The position numbers and the translations under genes are program-made. A DNA stretch of 64,000 bases from an uncultured Candidatus Obscuribacterales bacterium (GTDB lineage: Bacteria; Cyanobacteriota; Vampirovibrionia; Obscuribacterales; Obscuribacteraceae). A model generated the notes under the pieces. The model searched no databases, was not told the DNA's origin, and saw only the letters and a list, made by a program, of their open reading frames with translations. The stretch is from positions 2,003 through 66,002 of the forward strand of contig CAZBOX010000002.1 in the NCBI GenBank assembly GCA_964493595.1, read 5' to 3'. This document shows positions 46,796 to 56,059 of the stretch, in pieces; within the stretch, counting starts at the first letter, position 1; every line of letters begins with the position of its first letter.

Positions 46796-47686
46796 TCAGT
46801 CGACATATGTTCCACGGGGCGGCTCCTGCGCACCCATGGCACCGAACCAGCGGTCGTAGATGCGCCGCCAGGTGCCGTCCGACTTCATCTGCACCAGCAC
46901 GGCATTGACGAAGCGAACGAGGTCCGCCTGGTCACGCGAGATGCCGATGCCATAGGGCTCGGACGTGAAGGCCGTGCCGACGACGCGAGCGAACGGGTCC
47001 TGGCGAGCCAGTCCCGCCAGAATCACGTCATCCGTGCTGATGGCGTCCACCTGCCGCATCTGGAAGAGGACCAGGCAGTCGGTGAACTCGGTGGTCTCGA
47101 CCAGAATCGCCTGGGGATTGGCGGCGACGATATTCTTGGCGCTGGTAGAGCCGCGCGGCGCGCAGACGCGACGTCCGGAGAGATCGGCGATGGACCTGGC
47201 CGTCGAGTCTCGGTGCACGAGAATCTTCTGGCCGGCCATGTAGTAGACCTCACTGAAGTTGATGTCGTTCTTGCGCTGGGCGTTGATGGTGAAGGTCGAG
47301 ATGACCATGTCCACGCGCCCTTGCTGGATCAGCGGAATGCGGTCCGCCGACGCCACCGCGACGAACTGGATGCGGCGCTCGTCACCGAAGATCGCCCTGG
47401 CCATGGCCTTGGCGATGTCGATGTCGAAGCCCTCCAGCTCGTTGGTGAGCGGGTTGAGATAGCCGATGCCGTACTTGTCCTGCGAAACCCCGACGATCAG
47501 GCGCCCGCGCTCCTGAATACGGCGCATGGTGCTGCCGTCCGGCATGGCTCCTGGGCGCGGCAGGCTAACCATGGGGCGCAGGCTGGCGGTCACATCGGGC
47601 GTCGCGGACGCGCTGGGGGAAACGGCGAGGAAAGCGGTGAGCGCGATGGCGCCCAGTGCCTTGAGCATGGTGTTGAAAGCTCTCAT
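46796..47686 (-). CDS. glnH: Family 3 solute-binding protein, GlnH-like (amino-acid binding)
   Basis: Signal peptide MRAFNTMLKALGAIALTAFLAVSPSASA. SBP_bac_3-like GFDIDIAKAMA and ISTFTINAQR. GGAGA RBS. The symbol is inferred from synteny with pknG. Confidence 0.8.
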   Translation of the reverse strand: MRAFNTMLKALGAIALTAFLAVSPSASATPDVTASLRPMVSLPRPGAMPDGSTMRRIQERGRLIVGVSQDKYGIGYLNPLTNELEGFDIDIAKAMARAIFGDERRIQFVAVASADRIPLIQQGRVDMVISTFTINAQRKNDINFSEVYYMAGQKILVHRDSTARSIADLSGRRVCAPRGSTSAKNIVAANPQAILVETTEFTDCLVLFQMRQVDAISTDDVILAGLARQDPFARVVGTAFTSEPYGIGISRDQADLVRFVNAVLVQMKSDGTWRRIYDRWFGAMGAQEPPRGTYVD

Positions 47687-47702
47687 CTCTTCTCTCCTGC
47701 GG

Positions 47703-49070
47703 TTAGACGCGGTATTCATTGATGCGGGGCGTCAGACCGAAATAGGTCAGCGCCGCCACGAGCATTGCGATCAGCACGAACGCCCAATCCAGAAAACGCA
47801 GGTTGCCCTCGGCGCTCGCGATGGAGGCGTCGAAGTTGGCTTGCGCTCGGCCGAGGTTGACGCTCAGAACTTCGGTGAAGTTGTCGAACGCCTGCTGTGC
47901 TTCGGTGGTGCCGTTGCCGAGAGCGAGATTGACTGCCTCCTGGCGACGACCGCCCTTGTCGAAGCTGCGGATGCGAGCATCCTGCTCCAGGTAGGAACGC
48001 AGCGCCGTGAGCGCAGTGACCACCTGTTGGCGCTCCGGTGAACCGGCCGGCGTAGCCGCCAGTTCGTTGGCGAAGAGTCCCTGGAAGGCGACATTGCCAC
48101 GCGACGCTTGGAAAATCATCTCCTGCGTCAGATCGGAAGGAGCAAGACGAGCGACCTTGTCCTTCATGCTCGTCTCATAGCGGGCGCCGGCGCCAAGCGC
48201 GATCAGATAGAGGCTCTGGTCTGTCTTGGTGTCATAGGCGGTGCCGCGTGCCGTCAGCCAGTTATAGGCAGACGCGAAGGACTGCTCACGAGCGGAGGAG
48301 AGATGACCCCCTGCCCAGCCCATGCTCACAACGCTGTAACCGGTCACGGCGACAACGAGCGCCGATGCGGCCACGAGAGGTGCGTTGAAAGTGCGCCGCA
48401 TGCGCTTGCTCAGGAAGAGCTGCATGTAGCAGAGCACGAGAAGCAGCGCCGCGCCGCCGCCGCCGATCAGAGCGAAGCGCATCATCGTTCCGCTCTTGAA
48501 GGAGGCGTACTCGCTGTCCAGCTGGCGGACGTTGAGCTGGTCGATCGACTGCGTGAGCGGCAGCATGGTGTCGTGCAGCATGACCGACGCCATGCGCAGG
48601 TAGGCGGCGCCCACCGGGTAACCCATGCGGTTGTTGGTGCGTGCCGATTCCACCATGCCTGTGTAGACCGTCACGTGGTTCATCAACTGTTCGATAGCGG
48701 TCTGCTCTTCGCGACCGAAGCTGATGTTCATGGCCGCCGAGGTGAGTTGCTCGCCCAGTTCGCGACGAACCGTTTCGTACCTCTGGCGGGCCGCTGCACC
48801 GGAGTCGGCGCCACCGGCCAGGAATTCCTGCGTGGCGAGCGCATCCATCTCCAGCAACTTGACGCGCACGGTCTGCGCCGTGACGATGCTGGGAACCGCG
48901 TCACGGGCGATGGTGTTGAGCGACGAACGTGCCGCGGTGACGCCCAGATAGCCGCCGATGGCAAAGCCGACGGCAAGCAGGAAGACGAGTGCCATGCCGA
49001 GGCGCAGCTTGCCGGGTGTGGTCGAGGTCAGCCCTCGGACTCCGCTGGCGGTGTTGAGAGTGGTTGTCAT
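47703..49070 (-). CDS. glnX: GlnX-like four-TM protein with two extracytoplasmic helical domains
   Basis: 455 aa. TM segments near residues 25-47, about 215-235, about 245-265 and the C-terminus, separated by helical regions. Assignment rests on topology plus glnH/pknG synteny only. Confidence 0.6.
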   Translation of the reverse strand: MTTTLNTASGVRGLTSTTPGKLRLGMALVFLLAVGFAIGGYLGVTAARSSLNTIARDAVPSIVTAQTVRVKLLEMDALATQEFLAGGADSGAAARQRYETVRRELGEQLTSAAMNISFGREEQTAIEQLMNHVTVYTGMVESARTNNRMGYPVGAAYLRMASVMLHDTMLPLTQSIDQLNVRQLDSEYASFKSGTMMRFALIGGGGAALLLVLCYMQLFLSKRMRRTFNAPLVAASALVVAVTGYSVVSMGWAGGHLSSAREQSFASAYNWLTARGTAYDTKTDQSLYLIALGAGARYETSMKDKVARLAPSDLTQEMIFQASRGNVAFQGLFANELAATPAGSPERQQVVTALTALRSYLEQDARIRSFDKGGRRQEAVNLALGNGTTEAQQAFDNFTEVLSVNLGRAQANFDASIASAEGNLRFLDWAFVLIAMLVAALTYFGLTPRINEYRV

Positions 49071-49089
49071 TCTAGATCCCTTCTCGCGG

Positions 49090-49752
49090 TCAGAGATTGA
49101 TGGAGGAGATGATGACGACGGTGAATTCGCCGATGCGAATCTTGTCGCCCACGGCAAGCTCGCGCTCTTCGCCCGAGCTCAGCGCCTTCACGACGCCGTC
49201 GCGTTCGACTTCGGTGCCGTTGGCGGAATCGAGGTCGCGGACGGTGACCTTGTCGGCATGCCGGGTGATCATCATCTGGCGGCGTGAGATGCTCTCGTCG
49301 CCGTCGATGGTCAGGCTCAGCACAGCCTTGTTGTTGGGACGACCGATCAGCGACTCCTCATCGAAGAGTGAGTGCTTGCGCGGGCGCCCGCCGTTGACGA
49401 TCACTTCCACATCGATGCGCGCGTTGCCGGACGGCACCACAGGCGGTGCGGCGACCGCGGGTGCGGGCGTGGACTGCGGCACCACCGGGTCGGCAGGAGG
49501 CACTTCGCCGCCCGTCCGGTTGACGAAGTCGTAGCCGCAGACCCCGCAGAACTGAGCGGTGCCGTCGCGGTGTTCACTGCACTTGGGGCACTGCTCGGCG
49601 GACGCGGAGGCGCCGGCGGCCGGCTGCGCTTGTCCCGCAGGCAGAGCGGAGGCGGGTGTGGAGGCGCCGCCGGCAATCTGAGAACCACAGTCGGAGCAAT
49701 AGTCGGCATCGACCGACTCATGCCCTTGCGGGCACTTGTGCGTTGCAGTCAT
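49090..49752 (-). CDS. FHA-domain protein with two N-terminal zinc ribbons
   Basis: CPQGHESVDADYCSDCG and CPKCSEHRDGTAQFCGVCG, then a Pro/Ala linker. FHA core LIGRPNN...ISRRQMMI...VRDLDSANGTEV. Confidence 0.85.
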   Translation of the reverse strand: MTATHKCPQGHESVDADYCSDCGSQIAGGASTPASALPAGQAQPAAGASASAEQCPKCSEHRDGTAQFCGVCGYDFVNRTGGEVPPADPVVPQSTPAPAVAAPPVVPSGNARIDVEVIVNGGRPRKHSLFDEESLIGRPNNKAVLSLTIDGDESISRRQMMITRHADKVTVRDLDSANGTEVERDGVVKALSSGEERELAVGDKIRIGEFTVVIISSINL

Positions 49753-49796
49753 TGTAATGACCTTTCCAGTTGAATTGGGCTCGATTGATGCGGCTC

Positions 49797-51095
49797 TTAC
49801 TTGACGCGCTTGGTGCGGGTGCTGGCCGTGTCGAGGTTGACGACGTCACCCTTGTCGGCGCCCTTGATGATCTTCACGGTGCCCTTGTCGGGGTCGACCT
49901 TGATGATCTTGTCGATGCGCCGCGTCGCTTCTTCGTTGCCGGTGGCGACCGCCAGTTCGCGCGCCTTGCCCAGGGCTTTTGTGGCCTTGTCCTCGTCGCC
50001 CGCTTGCAGCGCGGCCACGCCTTCCTGGATGTTGCGCGCCAGGTCGGCCTGCCCGGTATAGTTGGCGACCTTGGGGTTGATCACCGTCGACTTCTTGTCG
50101 TCGCCGGTCCATTCGGCCGTGATCTGACCGCCCTCCATGAGCTTGGTCTCGACCTCGGTGCCGTTCTGGTTCTCGACCAGCGACAGGCGCGCCACCAGCT
50201 TGGCCGGACCGTCGACCTGACCGACCGCTTCGGGCGCCAGTTCCACGACCACCATGTAGTCCCGCACTTCCTCGCCCCAGGCGCCGGTGTCGATGCGAGC
50301 CAGGCGCGGGGTGGCGCCGGGCTGCACCTTGCCGGTGAGGTCGAGCAGCTGCGGAGTCATCTGCTTGATCGAGGAGACCTTGGCGCCGACAGGCGTCCAG
50401 ACCTGCAGCATGACGTTGCTGCGAGCCAGGCTCTGGGTGCGCTCGACCACCGCCTTGAAGTCGGCGATCAGCTCTTCCGGCTTCTGGAAGCCGTCCACCG
50501 AGCCGCCCAGATAGTTCTGGATGGTGCGCAGTTCTTCGGGCTTGTAGCCGGCGCCGACGCCGCGCCCTTCCACCTCGAACTGACCGACGCAGTTCTTCAG
50601 CTCACGCTCGAGGGTGGGCACGTCCTCGCCCTCGTTCTTGCCGTCCGTGAGGAAGGTGAGGATGTTGATGGCGCCGGGCACCTTGGCGAACTGAACCCGC
50701 GCGCCGCTGAGCCAGCGCGCGAAGTAGGTGCCGCCGCCGTTGTTCATCTCGGAGAGCAACTTGAGGGCGGCACGCTTGTTGACGGCGTTGGCGATGGTGA
50801 CCGGGACGACGAAGTCGGCGCTGTCACCGCCACGCACGACGAAGAAGTAGGTATTGCCGTCCTCCGGCAAGTTCTCGACGGCCTTGAGCACCGCCTGCTT
50901 GGCGAAACGCCACTTCTCGCCGTCCATGGAGCCGGAGGCGTCGATGACGAAGCCGAGCGTGCGCTTCTGCGCCACGACAGCTCCCGCCGCGCCCGGCGAA
51001 TTGGACTTGATCGAGACCACGGCCACGACCGAGTTGGCGCCGGCGGTCAGGTACTTGTTGTGGGAGATGCTGCCTTCGAAGCTGGACTGGGACAT
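49797..51095 (-). CDS. vWA-domain protein (TerY-like, kinase/phosphatase-associated)
   Basis: Start MSQSSFEGS at 51095. MIDAS motif FVIDASGSMDG. The maximal ORF extends to 51176. Confidence 0.85.
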   Translation of the reverse strand: MSQSSFEGSISHNKYLTAGANSVVAVVSIKSNSPGAAGAVVAQKRTLGFVIDASGSMDGEKWRFAKQAVLKAVENLPEDGNTYFFVVRGGDSADFVVPVTIANAVNKRAALKLLSEMNNGGGTYFARWLSGARVQFAKVPGAINILTFLTDGKNEGEDVPTLERELKNCVGQFEVEGRGVGAGYKPEELRTIQNYLGGSVDGFQKPEELIADFKAVVERTQSLARSNVMLQVWTPVGAKVSSIKQMTPQLLDLTGKVQPGATPRLARIDTGAWGEEVRDYMVVVELAPEAVGQVDGPAKLVARLSLVENQNGTEVETKLMEGGQITAEWTGDDKKSTVINPKVANYTGQADLARNIQEGVAALQAGDEDKATKALGKARELAVATGNEEATRRIDKIIKVDPDKGTVKIIKGADKGDVVNLDTASTRTKRVK

Positions 51096-51159
51096 GAGAT
51101 TTCCTTTCGAGAGTTCAGTGGTTGCACTGGAGAGTTGAAGGGATGAACATCTGGCGCTG

Positions 51160-52182
51160 TCACTGCAAGTAGGCAACGACGGCGGTGATGTTGTCGTGAC
51201 CGCCAGCCTCGCGGGCGAACGTGACCAGCTTGCGTGCTGCAGTCAGGGCGTCCGCCTGGGCCGTCTGGGCGATGAGAGATCTGAGGTGTTCCTCGTTCTT
51301 GAGGTAATTCCACAGACCATCCGAGCACACCACCAGCGTGCCTTTGCCGGTGATGTTGAGCGTGCGCATCTCGGGCGCTTCGACGCCCGGATCGGTGCCG
51401 TCATCGGCGGCACCGAGAGAGCGCGTGATGGCGTGAGAAAGCTTGTTCTTCTCCGCCTCCTCGCGAGACATTCCGCCGGCGATCGCCTCGTTGAGCCACG
51501 AGTGATCGTGGGTCAGCTGCTGGCAGCCGCTGTCCGAGAGCCAGTAGGCTCGGCTGTCGCCGATCCATCCCACCGTGACGCGTCTGCCCTGCACAAGCGC
51601 CGCCACAAAAGTGGATTGAGCCGGCAGAATCATGCGCCCTTCGCGGTCGACGTTGTTGACGTCGAAAGGCGTCTTGCAGATGGCTTCCTGACACGCGTCG
51701 GCAACCTCCTTGAAGAGGGCGTCGACATCGCTTCTGTCCGCTCCGCTGATGAGCATGTCGCGCGCCAGTTCGGCTGCGGCTTTCGAGCCCTTCATCGGAT
51801 TTTGCGAGTTGGACATGCCGTCGCAGACCACCAGAGCAAGGCAGCCGGGCTTCTCGCCGAGCGCCATGAAGTCCTGGTTTTCCTTGTACTTCATGCCGAT
51901 GTCGCTGACGCCCGCCACCTTGGCCGAGAGGGCCTGGTGGAAGTGGTCGCGCGGCGCCATCTTGCGCTTGGTGCCGCAATTGGTGCAGTGACCCTCCGCA
52001 TCGATGCAGCCCGGCCCTGCGTGACAGCCCGGACATTCGATCAGCGGGTCGACCGCCTTGGCGGCGCCACCGGATGCGGTATCGCCTGTGGAATGCTTGG
52101 CAGCATCCGTCAGCGGGGTTCCGCACCCTTCGCAGTAGGAGGCGTCGTCGTCGTTCGGTTCATTGCAAACAGAACATTGCAC
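51160..52182 (-). CDS. PP2C-family Ser/Thr phosphatase with two N-terminal zinc ribbons
   Basis: GTG start at 52182 (GGAGA RBS 8 nt upstream). CSVCNEPNDDDASYCEGCG and CPGCHAGPGCIDAEGHCTNCG. PP2C core GVSDIGMKYKENQDF, VVCDGMSNS and GGHDNITAVV. The longer ORF to 52521 overlaps the kinase. Confidence 0.85.
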   Translation of the reverse strand: MQCSVCNEPNDDDASYCEGCGTPLTDAAKHSTGDTASGGAAKAVDPLIECPGCHAGPGCIDAEGHCTNCGTKRKMAPRDHFHQALSAKVAGVSDIGMKYKENQDFMALGEKPGCLALVVCDGMSNSQNPMKGSKAAAELARDMLISGADRSDVDALFKEVADACQEAICKTPFDVNNVDREGRMILPAQSTFVAALVQGRRVTVGWIGDSRAYWLSDSGCQQLTHDHSWLNEAIAGGMSREEAEKNKLSHAITRSLGAADDGTDPGVEAPEMRTLNITGKGTLVVCSDGLWNYLKNEEHLRSLIAQTAQADALTAARKLVTFAREAGGHDNITAVVAYLQ

Positions 52183-52240
52183 GATATTGTTCTCCGTCAG
52201 TAGGTGTTCGTTCTTGGTTTCGGCTCTGAGCGCGAGCGCA

Positions 52241-54595
52241 TCAGAACGTCGTCCGCGGACGCACCTGATTGGCCAGATCGACAAGCCGGATGCGCTCCGC
52301 CTCGTCGTGCGAAAGACGCGCCAGGTCGCGGTAAGCCGCTTCCAGACGGGTGCGCACGTCCTTCTCCTGCACCTCCTCGTCGAGCAGCTTGAGGCTGCCC
52401 TTGCCCGAGACGATGAACGCCAGGGCTGCATTGAACAGATCCCTGGCCATGACGACCTTCTCGGCGCCGGTGAGCACCAGTGCCTCGATTGTCTGCGCGG
52501 CGCGGTTGAGCTGATCCGCACCGGACGCCTGGCCGTTGTTTTCGATCAGAACTCGAGCCAGAGTCTTCTGCGCATCGAAGTAGAGGCTGCTCGTCTGAGG
52601 CACCAGGGACAGTGCCGCAACCGCCTCGTCGATCTTGCCCGAGGCGGCAAGCAGGCGAGCCTGAGCGAAGACCGCGGTGGTGTAGCCGTGGTCGACGCGC
52701 GACACCGCCTGATAGAGGTGAATGGCGTCGGCGAAGTCCTTCTTCAGCTCGCTGGCGATGGCGATCGCCAGACGCGGCGCCAGTTCGCCCGGCACTTCGT
52801 CGAAGCAGGTCTCGAAGGCGCTCTGAGCGCTGTCGTACTGCCCCTGGGCCAGGAAGGACATGCCCCGGTACCAGATGACGCGCCAGTCGAAGCCGTCCTG
52901 CGCCTCGACGTCCTTGAGAGCCTTCTCCGCGTCGCCGTACTGACCCTGTTCGATCAGGTTCTTGGCCAGAGCCAGCAGCGCCTCGATCGAGTCGGGGTAC
53001 TGCTCGAGCGTGCGCCGGATGACGCCTTCCTGACGCTTCAGGTCGTTGCCGCCCATGCCGTTCAGGATGACCACCGCCGCCGGATCCTGCGTGTCCATGC
53101 GCAGGCGTGGCAGGCTGTAGATGTCTACGGTGCCCTGCTTGGCGGCGTCCCGTTCGACCATGATATCGGCGCTGAAGCGGTTGCTGGTGCCCGGGCAGGG
53201 ATTGCCCGAGTCGATCGCGACCGCGTCGCGCATGACGCCGAGCAGCTGCTCGTCCATCTCCTCGCAGTTCTGGAAACGCATGTTCGGATTCTGATGCGTC
53301 GCCTTGAGCAGGAAGCGATAGAACGAGTCGTACTTGGCGTAGACCGGCTCCTCGTCCGGGGTGCGCAGCTGGTGCTCGTGGCTGGTCTGGAAGCCGCGGA
53401 ACTCGGTGCACAGAACCGCCATGGTGCGCGCCAGGGTATAGATGTCGGACGCGGGCGACGGTCCCTTGGTGGCCAGCTCCGGTGCCGCATAGCCGACCGT
53501 GCTGTAGATGTCGCCGTCGGTGGCGTTGAAGCGAGTCACACCGCCCAGGTCGATGACCTTGATGTCGTCGACCTCCAGCATCACGTTGTCCGGCTTGAAG
53601 TCGTTGTAGATGAGACCGTTGCGGTGCATGTAGCTGAACGCCCCCAGCACGCAGTGCATGTAGGCGAGCACTTCGGCGACGGGCAGCGGTCCGCGCTCCT
53701 TGCGCAGGCTCTTGAGCGTGCGGCCGCCCACGTATTCCATCACCGTGTATGCAGCCGAGCCCCGCGCGTTGGCGTGCTGCACGCAGGTGTAGACGCCGAC
53801 GATGTTGGCGTGCTTCACTTCGGCGAGGAATTGCCGCTCGGCGACAGCCGCCTCCGCCAGTGCCTTGTCGTCCTGGTTGACCAGTCCCTTGAGCACGACG
53901 TAGCGCTGCAGGGTGACATCCTTGGCCAGGTAGATCCAGCCCATGCCACCGAATGCGATGCAGCCCAGCACTTCGTACTGGCCGGCGACGAGCTCGCCCT
54001 TTTCCAGTCCGGGGATGAAGTTGTATTTGGTCTGGCACTTCGGGCAGAAACCCTTCTCGCGCTTGTCGAGCACGTTTCCGCACGGGTCGCCCGACTTGAG
54101 GTAGCCGGCGCAGACGCGCTTGGGCGCCGGCACCTTGGCCTCGGGCATCAGGGACTTGAGCGGGTCGCTCTTGGGCACTTCCGGAACCGCGATCAGCCCC
54201 AGTCCGAGCTGTCGATGCGCCGCCGTCACGCGCGTGCCGCGCGTGACACGGCTGGTGGTGGTCGACGAAATGCCGGTCAGCTGGGTGCCCGATGTCTTCG
54301 CCGAGTCTCGGCGACTGGAGCTGCGGCTGCGGTGCGTATGACCGCTCATCAGCGTACTGTTGCTCGGCGAAGCAGCGGCGGCATTGCCGCAGGTGTTGCA
54401 GAAGCCGTCTTCGTAGAGCCCGGGGCAGTTGCTGTCACTGCACTTGGGACCGGCTGTCGCGCCGGCCGACTGGGTTGCGGGTCGGGCAGCGGCCTGGGTC
54501 GCAGGCGCAGCCTGGAAGGCGGTTCCGCAGGTGTCGCAGTAACCATCCTGGATCGTCCCTGCGCAAGAGGGAACGTTGCACTTGTGTCCGTTCAT
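52241..54595 (-). CDS. pknG: PknG-type Ser/Thr kinase (zinc ribbons, kinase domain, C-terminal TPR)
   Basis: My recollection of M. tuberculosis PknG runs collinear with this protein: VAGQYEVLGCIAFGGMGWIYLAKD, VVLKGLV, AERQFLAEV, VMEYVGGRTLK, LPVAEVLAY, GLIYNDFKPDNVML, VIDLGGV, WRVIWYRG, FDEVPGELAPRLAIA and the C-terminal LVDLANQVRPRTTF. Confidence 0.9.
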   Translation of the reverse strand: MNGHKCNVPSCAGTIQDGYCDTCGTAFQAAPATQAAARPATQSAGATAGPKCSDSNCPGLYEDGFCNTCGNAAAASPSNSTLMSGHTHRSRSSSRRDSAKTSGTQLTGISSTTTSRVTRGTRVTAAHRQLGLGLIAVPEVPKSDPLKSLMPEAKVPAPKRVCAGYLKSGDPCGNVLDKREKGFCPKCQTKYNFIPGLEKGELVAGQYEVLGCIAFGGMGWIYLAKDVTLQRYVVLKGLVNQDDKALAEAAVAERQFLAEVKHANIVGVYTCVQHANARGSAAYTVMEYVGGRTLKSLRKERGPLPVAEVLAYMHCVLGAFSYMHRNGLIYNDFKPDNVMLEVDDIKVIDLGGVTRFNATDGDIYSTVGYAAPELATKGPSPASDIYTLARTMAVLCTEFRGFQTSHEHQLRTPDEEPVYAKYDSFYRFLLKATHQNPNMRFQNCEEMDEQLLGVMRDAVAIDSGNPCPGTSNRFSADIMVERDAAKQGTVDIYSLPRLRMDTQDPAAVVILNGMGGNDLKRQEGVIRRTLEQYPDSIEALLALAKNLIEQGQYGDAEKALKDVEAQDGFDWRVIWYRGMSFLAQGQYDSAQSAFETCFDEVPGELAPRLAIAIASELKKDFADAIHLYQAVSRVDHGYTTAVFAQARLLAASGKIDEAVAALSLVPQTSSLYFDAQKTLARVLIENNGQASGADQLNRAAQTIEALVLTGAEKVVMARDLFNAALAFIVSGKGSLKLLDEEVQEKDVRTRLEAAYRDLARLSHDEAERIRLVDLANQVRPRTTF

Positions 54596-54653
54596 CTGAA
54601 TCCTTTCAGGAGACTTCAGGTTGTTTCACGATTGGTGAGGATGATGCCGTCAG

Positions 54654-55817
54654 TCAACCCAGGACCTTGTCCTGGTATTGCTTGACCAGCGCTCGCGCTT
54701 TCGCCATCGGCGTCGGACGCGCATACAAGAGCTGTGTGGTCTCGGCGAAAAGCTTCGACACTTCCGGGTCTTCGCCCAGCCCTTCGGCAACGGCTTTGAC
54801 CTTCAGCGCCTCCATCAGTCCGCGCATGTCACGACGCTCTTTCACCAGCGCTTCATTGGCCTGGTAGGCCGATTCAGCCGACGAGGTGCGATTGACCGTC
54901 TGCGCGTGCCAGTTGGAGAGTCCGACGGCGGCTGCCTGATACTTGCCTTCGGCGACCGTCGCCTTCAGGCGCTGCAGCCATGATTCGAGCTGCAAGATCA
55001 CCTTGCCGTCGAGCGGCATGGTGAGCTGGTCTTCGTGTTCGATGGTGAGCTTCTCACGACGCTCGGCGACAGCCTGCAACGATTTCTCGTGCGTGGTTTT
55101 CAGATGCGCCAGGGCTTGCTCGGCCTCCGACATCTGGCTGGCGACCTGTTGTTTGAGCGCCTTGAGCTGACCCAGTCGCGTGCGGCACGCCTCGATGACC
55201 GGGGAAACATTGGCTTCGAAGTCGTTGGCGGCAGCCAGCGGGTCGCTGAGCACGCTGCCGGCGACCGTGTTCAGAGAAGATTCTGCCTGAGCCAGTTCCG
55301 AAACCGGAATGCCCAGAGCTGCCGCCTCCTTCTTCAGCCCGTCCAATTCGCCCCTGAGCTTGGAGACGCGCTCATTGAGCGGTCCCCAGGTCGAGCGAAT
55401 CTTGAAGACCAGCGTGCGAGCGTCATCGAAAGCCTTCGTCATTGCCTCGAGAAGCCGCTCGGCTGTGACCGATTTCGAAACCTCCGCCGCTGAGAGCAGT
55501 CCGCGCTCCTCGAGGGGAACCGTGACAGGCGGCAGCTTCACTTCATCGAGAAGAGCGGTCACTTCAGCGAGCTTGGCTTCTCGCCCGATGCGCGGCAGAT
55601 TGGCGAGAATGTCCTTCGCCTGCGTCACCTGCCTGCTCATCATTTGAAGCATGCTGAAGAGCTCTTCGAAAGGCGGCAGAACCGCCTCGCACTGCTTTCT
55701 GGTCGTCCCCTCCAGTGATTGGAACGTGGGACTGCCGAGCAGTTTGTATGTGCTCAAGTCGGTCAGCTCCAGCATGTTGCGCGTGCAGGTAGCAATCTGA
55801 CCTTCGAGCGTTTTCAC
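54654..55817 (-). CDS. Coiled-coil protein, paralog of 15246..17165, first gene of the pknG operon
   Basis: Aligns by eye with the Ter-block protein: GTTRKQCEAVLPPFEELF vs GETDTKCHEAFTTVEKLW, NLPRIG vs NLPRWS, PLEERGLLSAA vs PAHERGLLGSA, GLSNWHAQ vs GLDSWNRE. GTG 55817 has a GAGG RBS and matches the paralog N-terminus. The maximal ORF runs to a TTG at 55958 that lacks an RBS. Confidence 0.7.
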   Translation of the reverse strand: MKTLEGQIATCTRNMLELTDLSTYKLLGSPTFQSLEGTTRKQCEAVLPPFEELFSMLQMMSRQVTQAKDILANLPRIGREAKLAEVTALLDEVKLPPVTVPLEERGLLSAAEVSKSVTAERLLEAMTKAFDDARTLVFKIRSTWGPLNERVSKLRGELDGLKKEAAALGIPVSELAQAESSLNTVAGSVLSDPLAAANDFEANVSPVIEACRTRLGQLKALKQQVASQMSEAEQALAHLKTTHEKSLQAVAERREKLTIEHEDQLTMPLDGKVILQLESWLQRLKATVAEGKYQAAAVGLSNWHAQTVNRTSSAESAYQANEALVKERRDMRGLMEALKVKAVAEGLGEDPEVSKLFAETTQLLYARPTPMAKARALVKQYQDKVLG

Positions 55818-55938
55818 TTTCGCCTCAGCTGCATCTGCGCTGAGTGTCTTGGTTGAGATTTGGGCCAATTCGACCTCCGTATCGTTGTTACGCAGGAGAT
55901 GCCTTGCGGCATTATTTGTCCACTTCTGCAACTCAGCT

Positions 55939-56059
55939 GTGACTGGTCCAGTTCGCAAAGAAGTGACCGGTCCAGTTTTGGCAAGAACTGCATGGAGAGA
56001 CTTCGCAACAATGCTCTAACATGACTGGTCCAGTTGACGAAAAAAGGAGCGGTCCAGTT
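55939..56059 (-). promoter_or_regulatory. Array of four palindrome-containing sites (ACTGG-T-CCAGT), candidate operators
   Basis: Copies 1 and 3 are perfect 5-1-5 palindromes (GACTGGTCCAGTT). Copies 2 and 4 (GACCGGTCCAGTT, GAGCGGTCCAGTT) keep one half-site. Confidence 0.4.

Noticed and set aside
52197-54083. 628-aa same-strand alternative frame inside the PknG gene, and the 52183-52521 extension of the PP2C ORF.
   Set aside because: The PknG frame carries all kinase and TPR landmarks, whereas the alternative frame is Arg/Gly/Pro-rich. The PP2C gene has a GTG start with a GGAGA RBS at 52182, just after the kinase stop.
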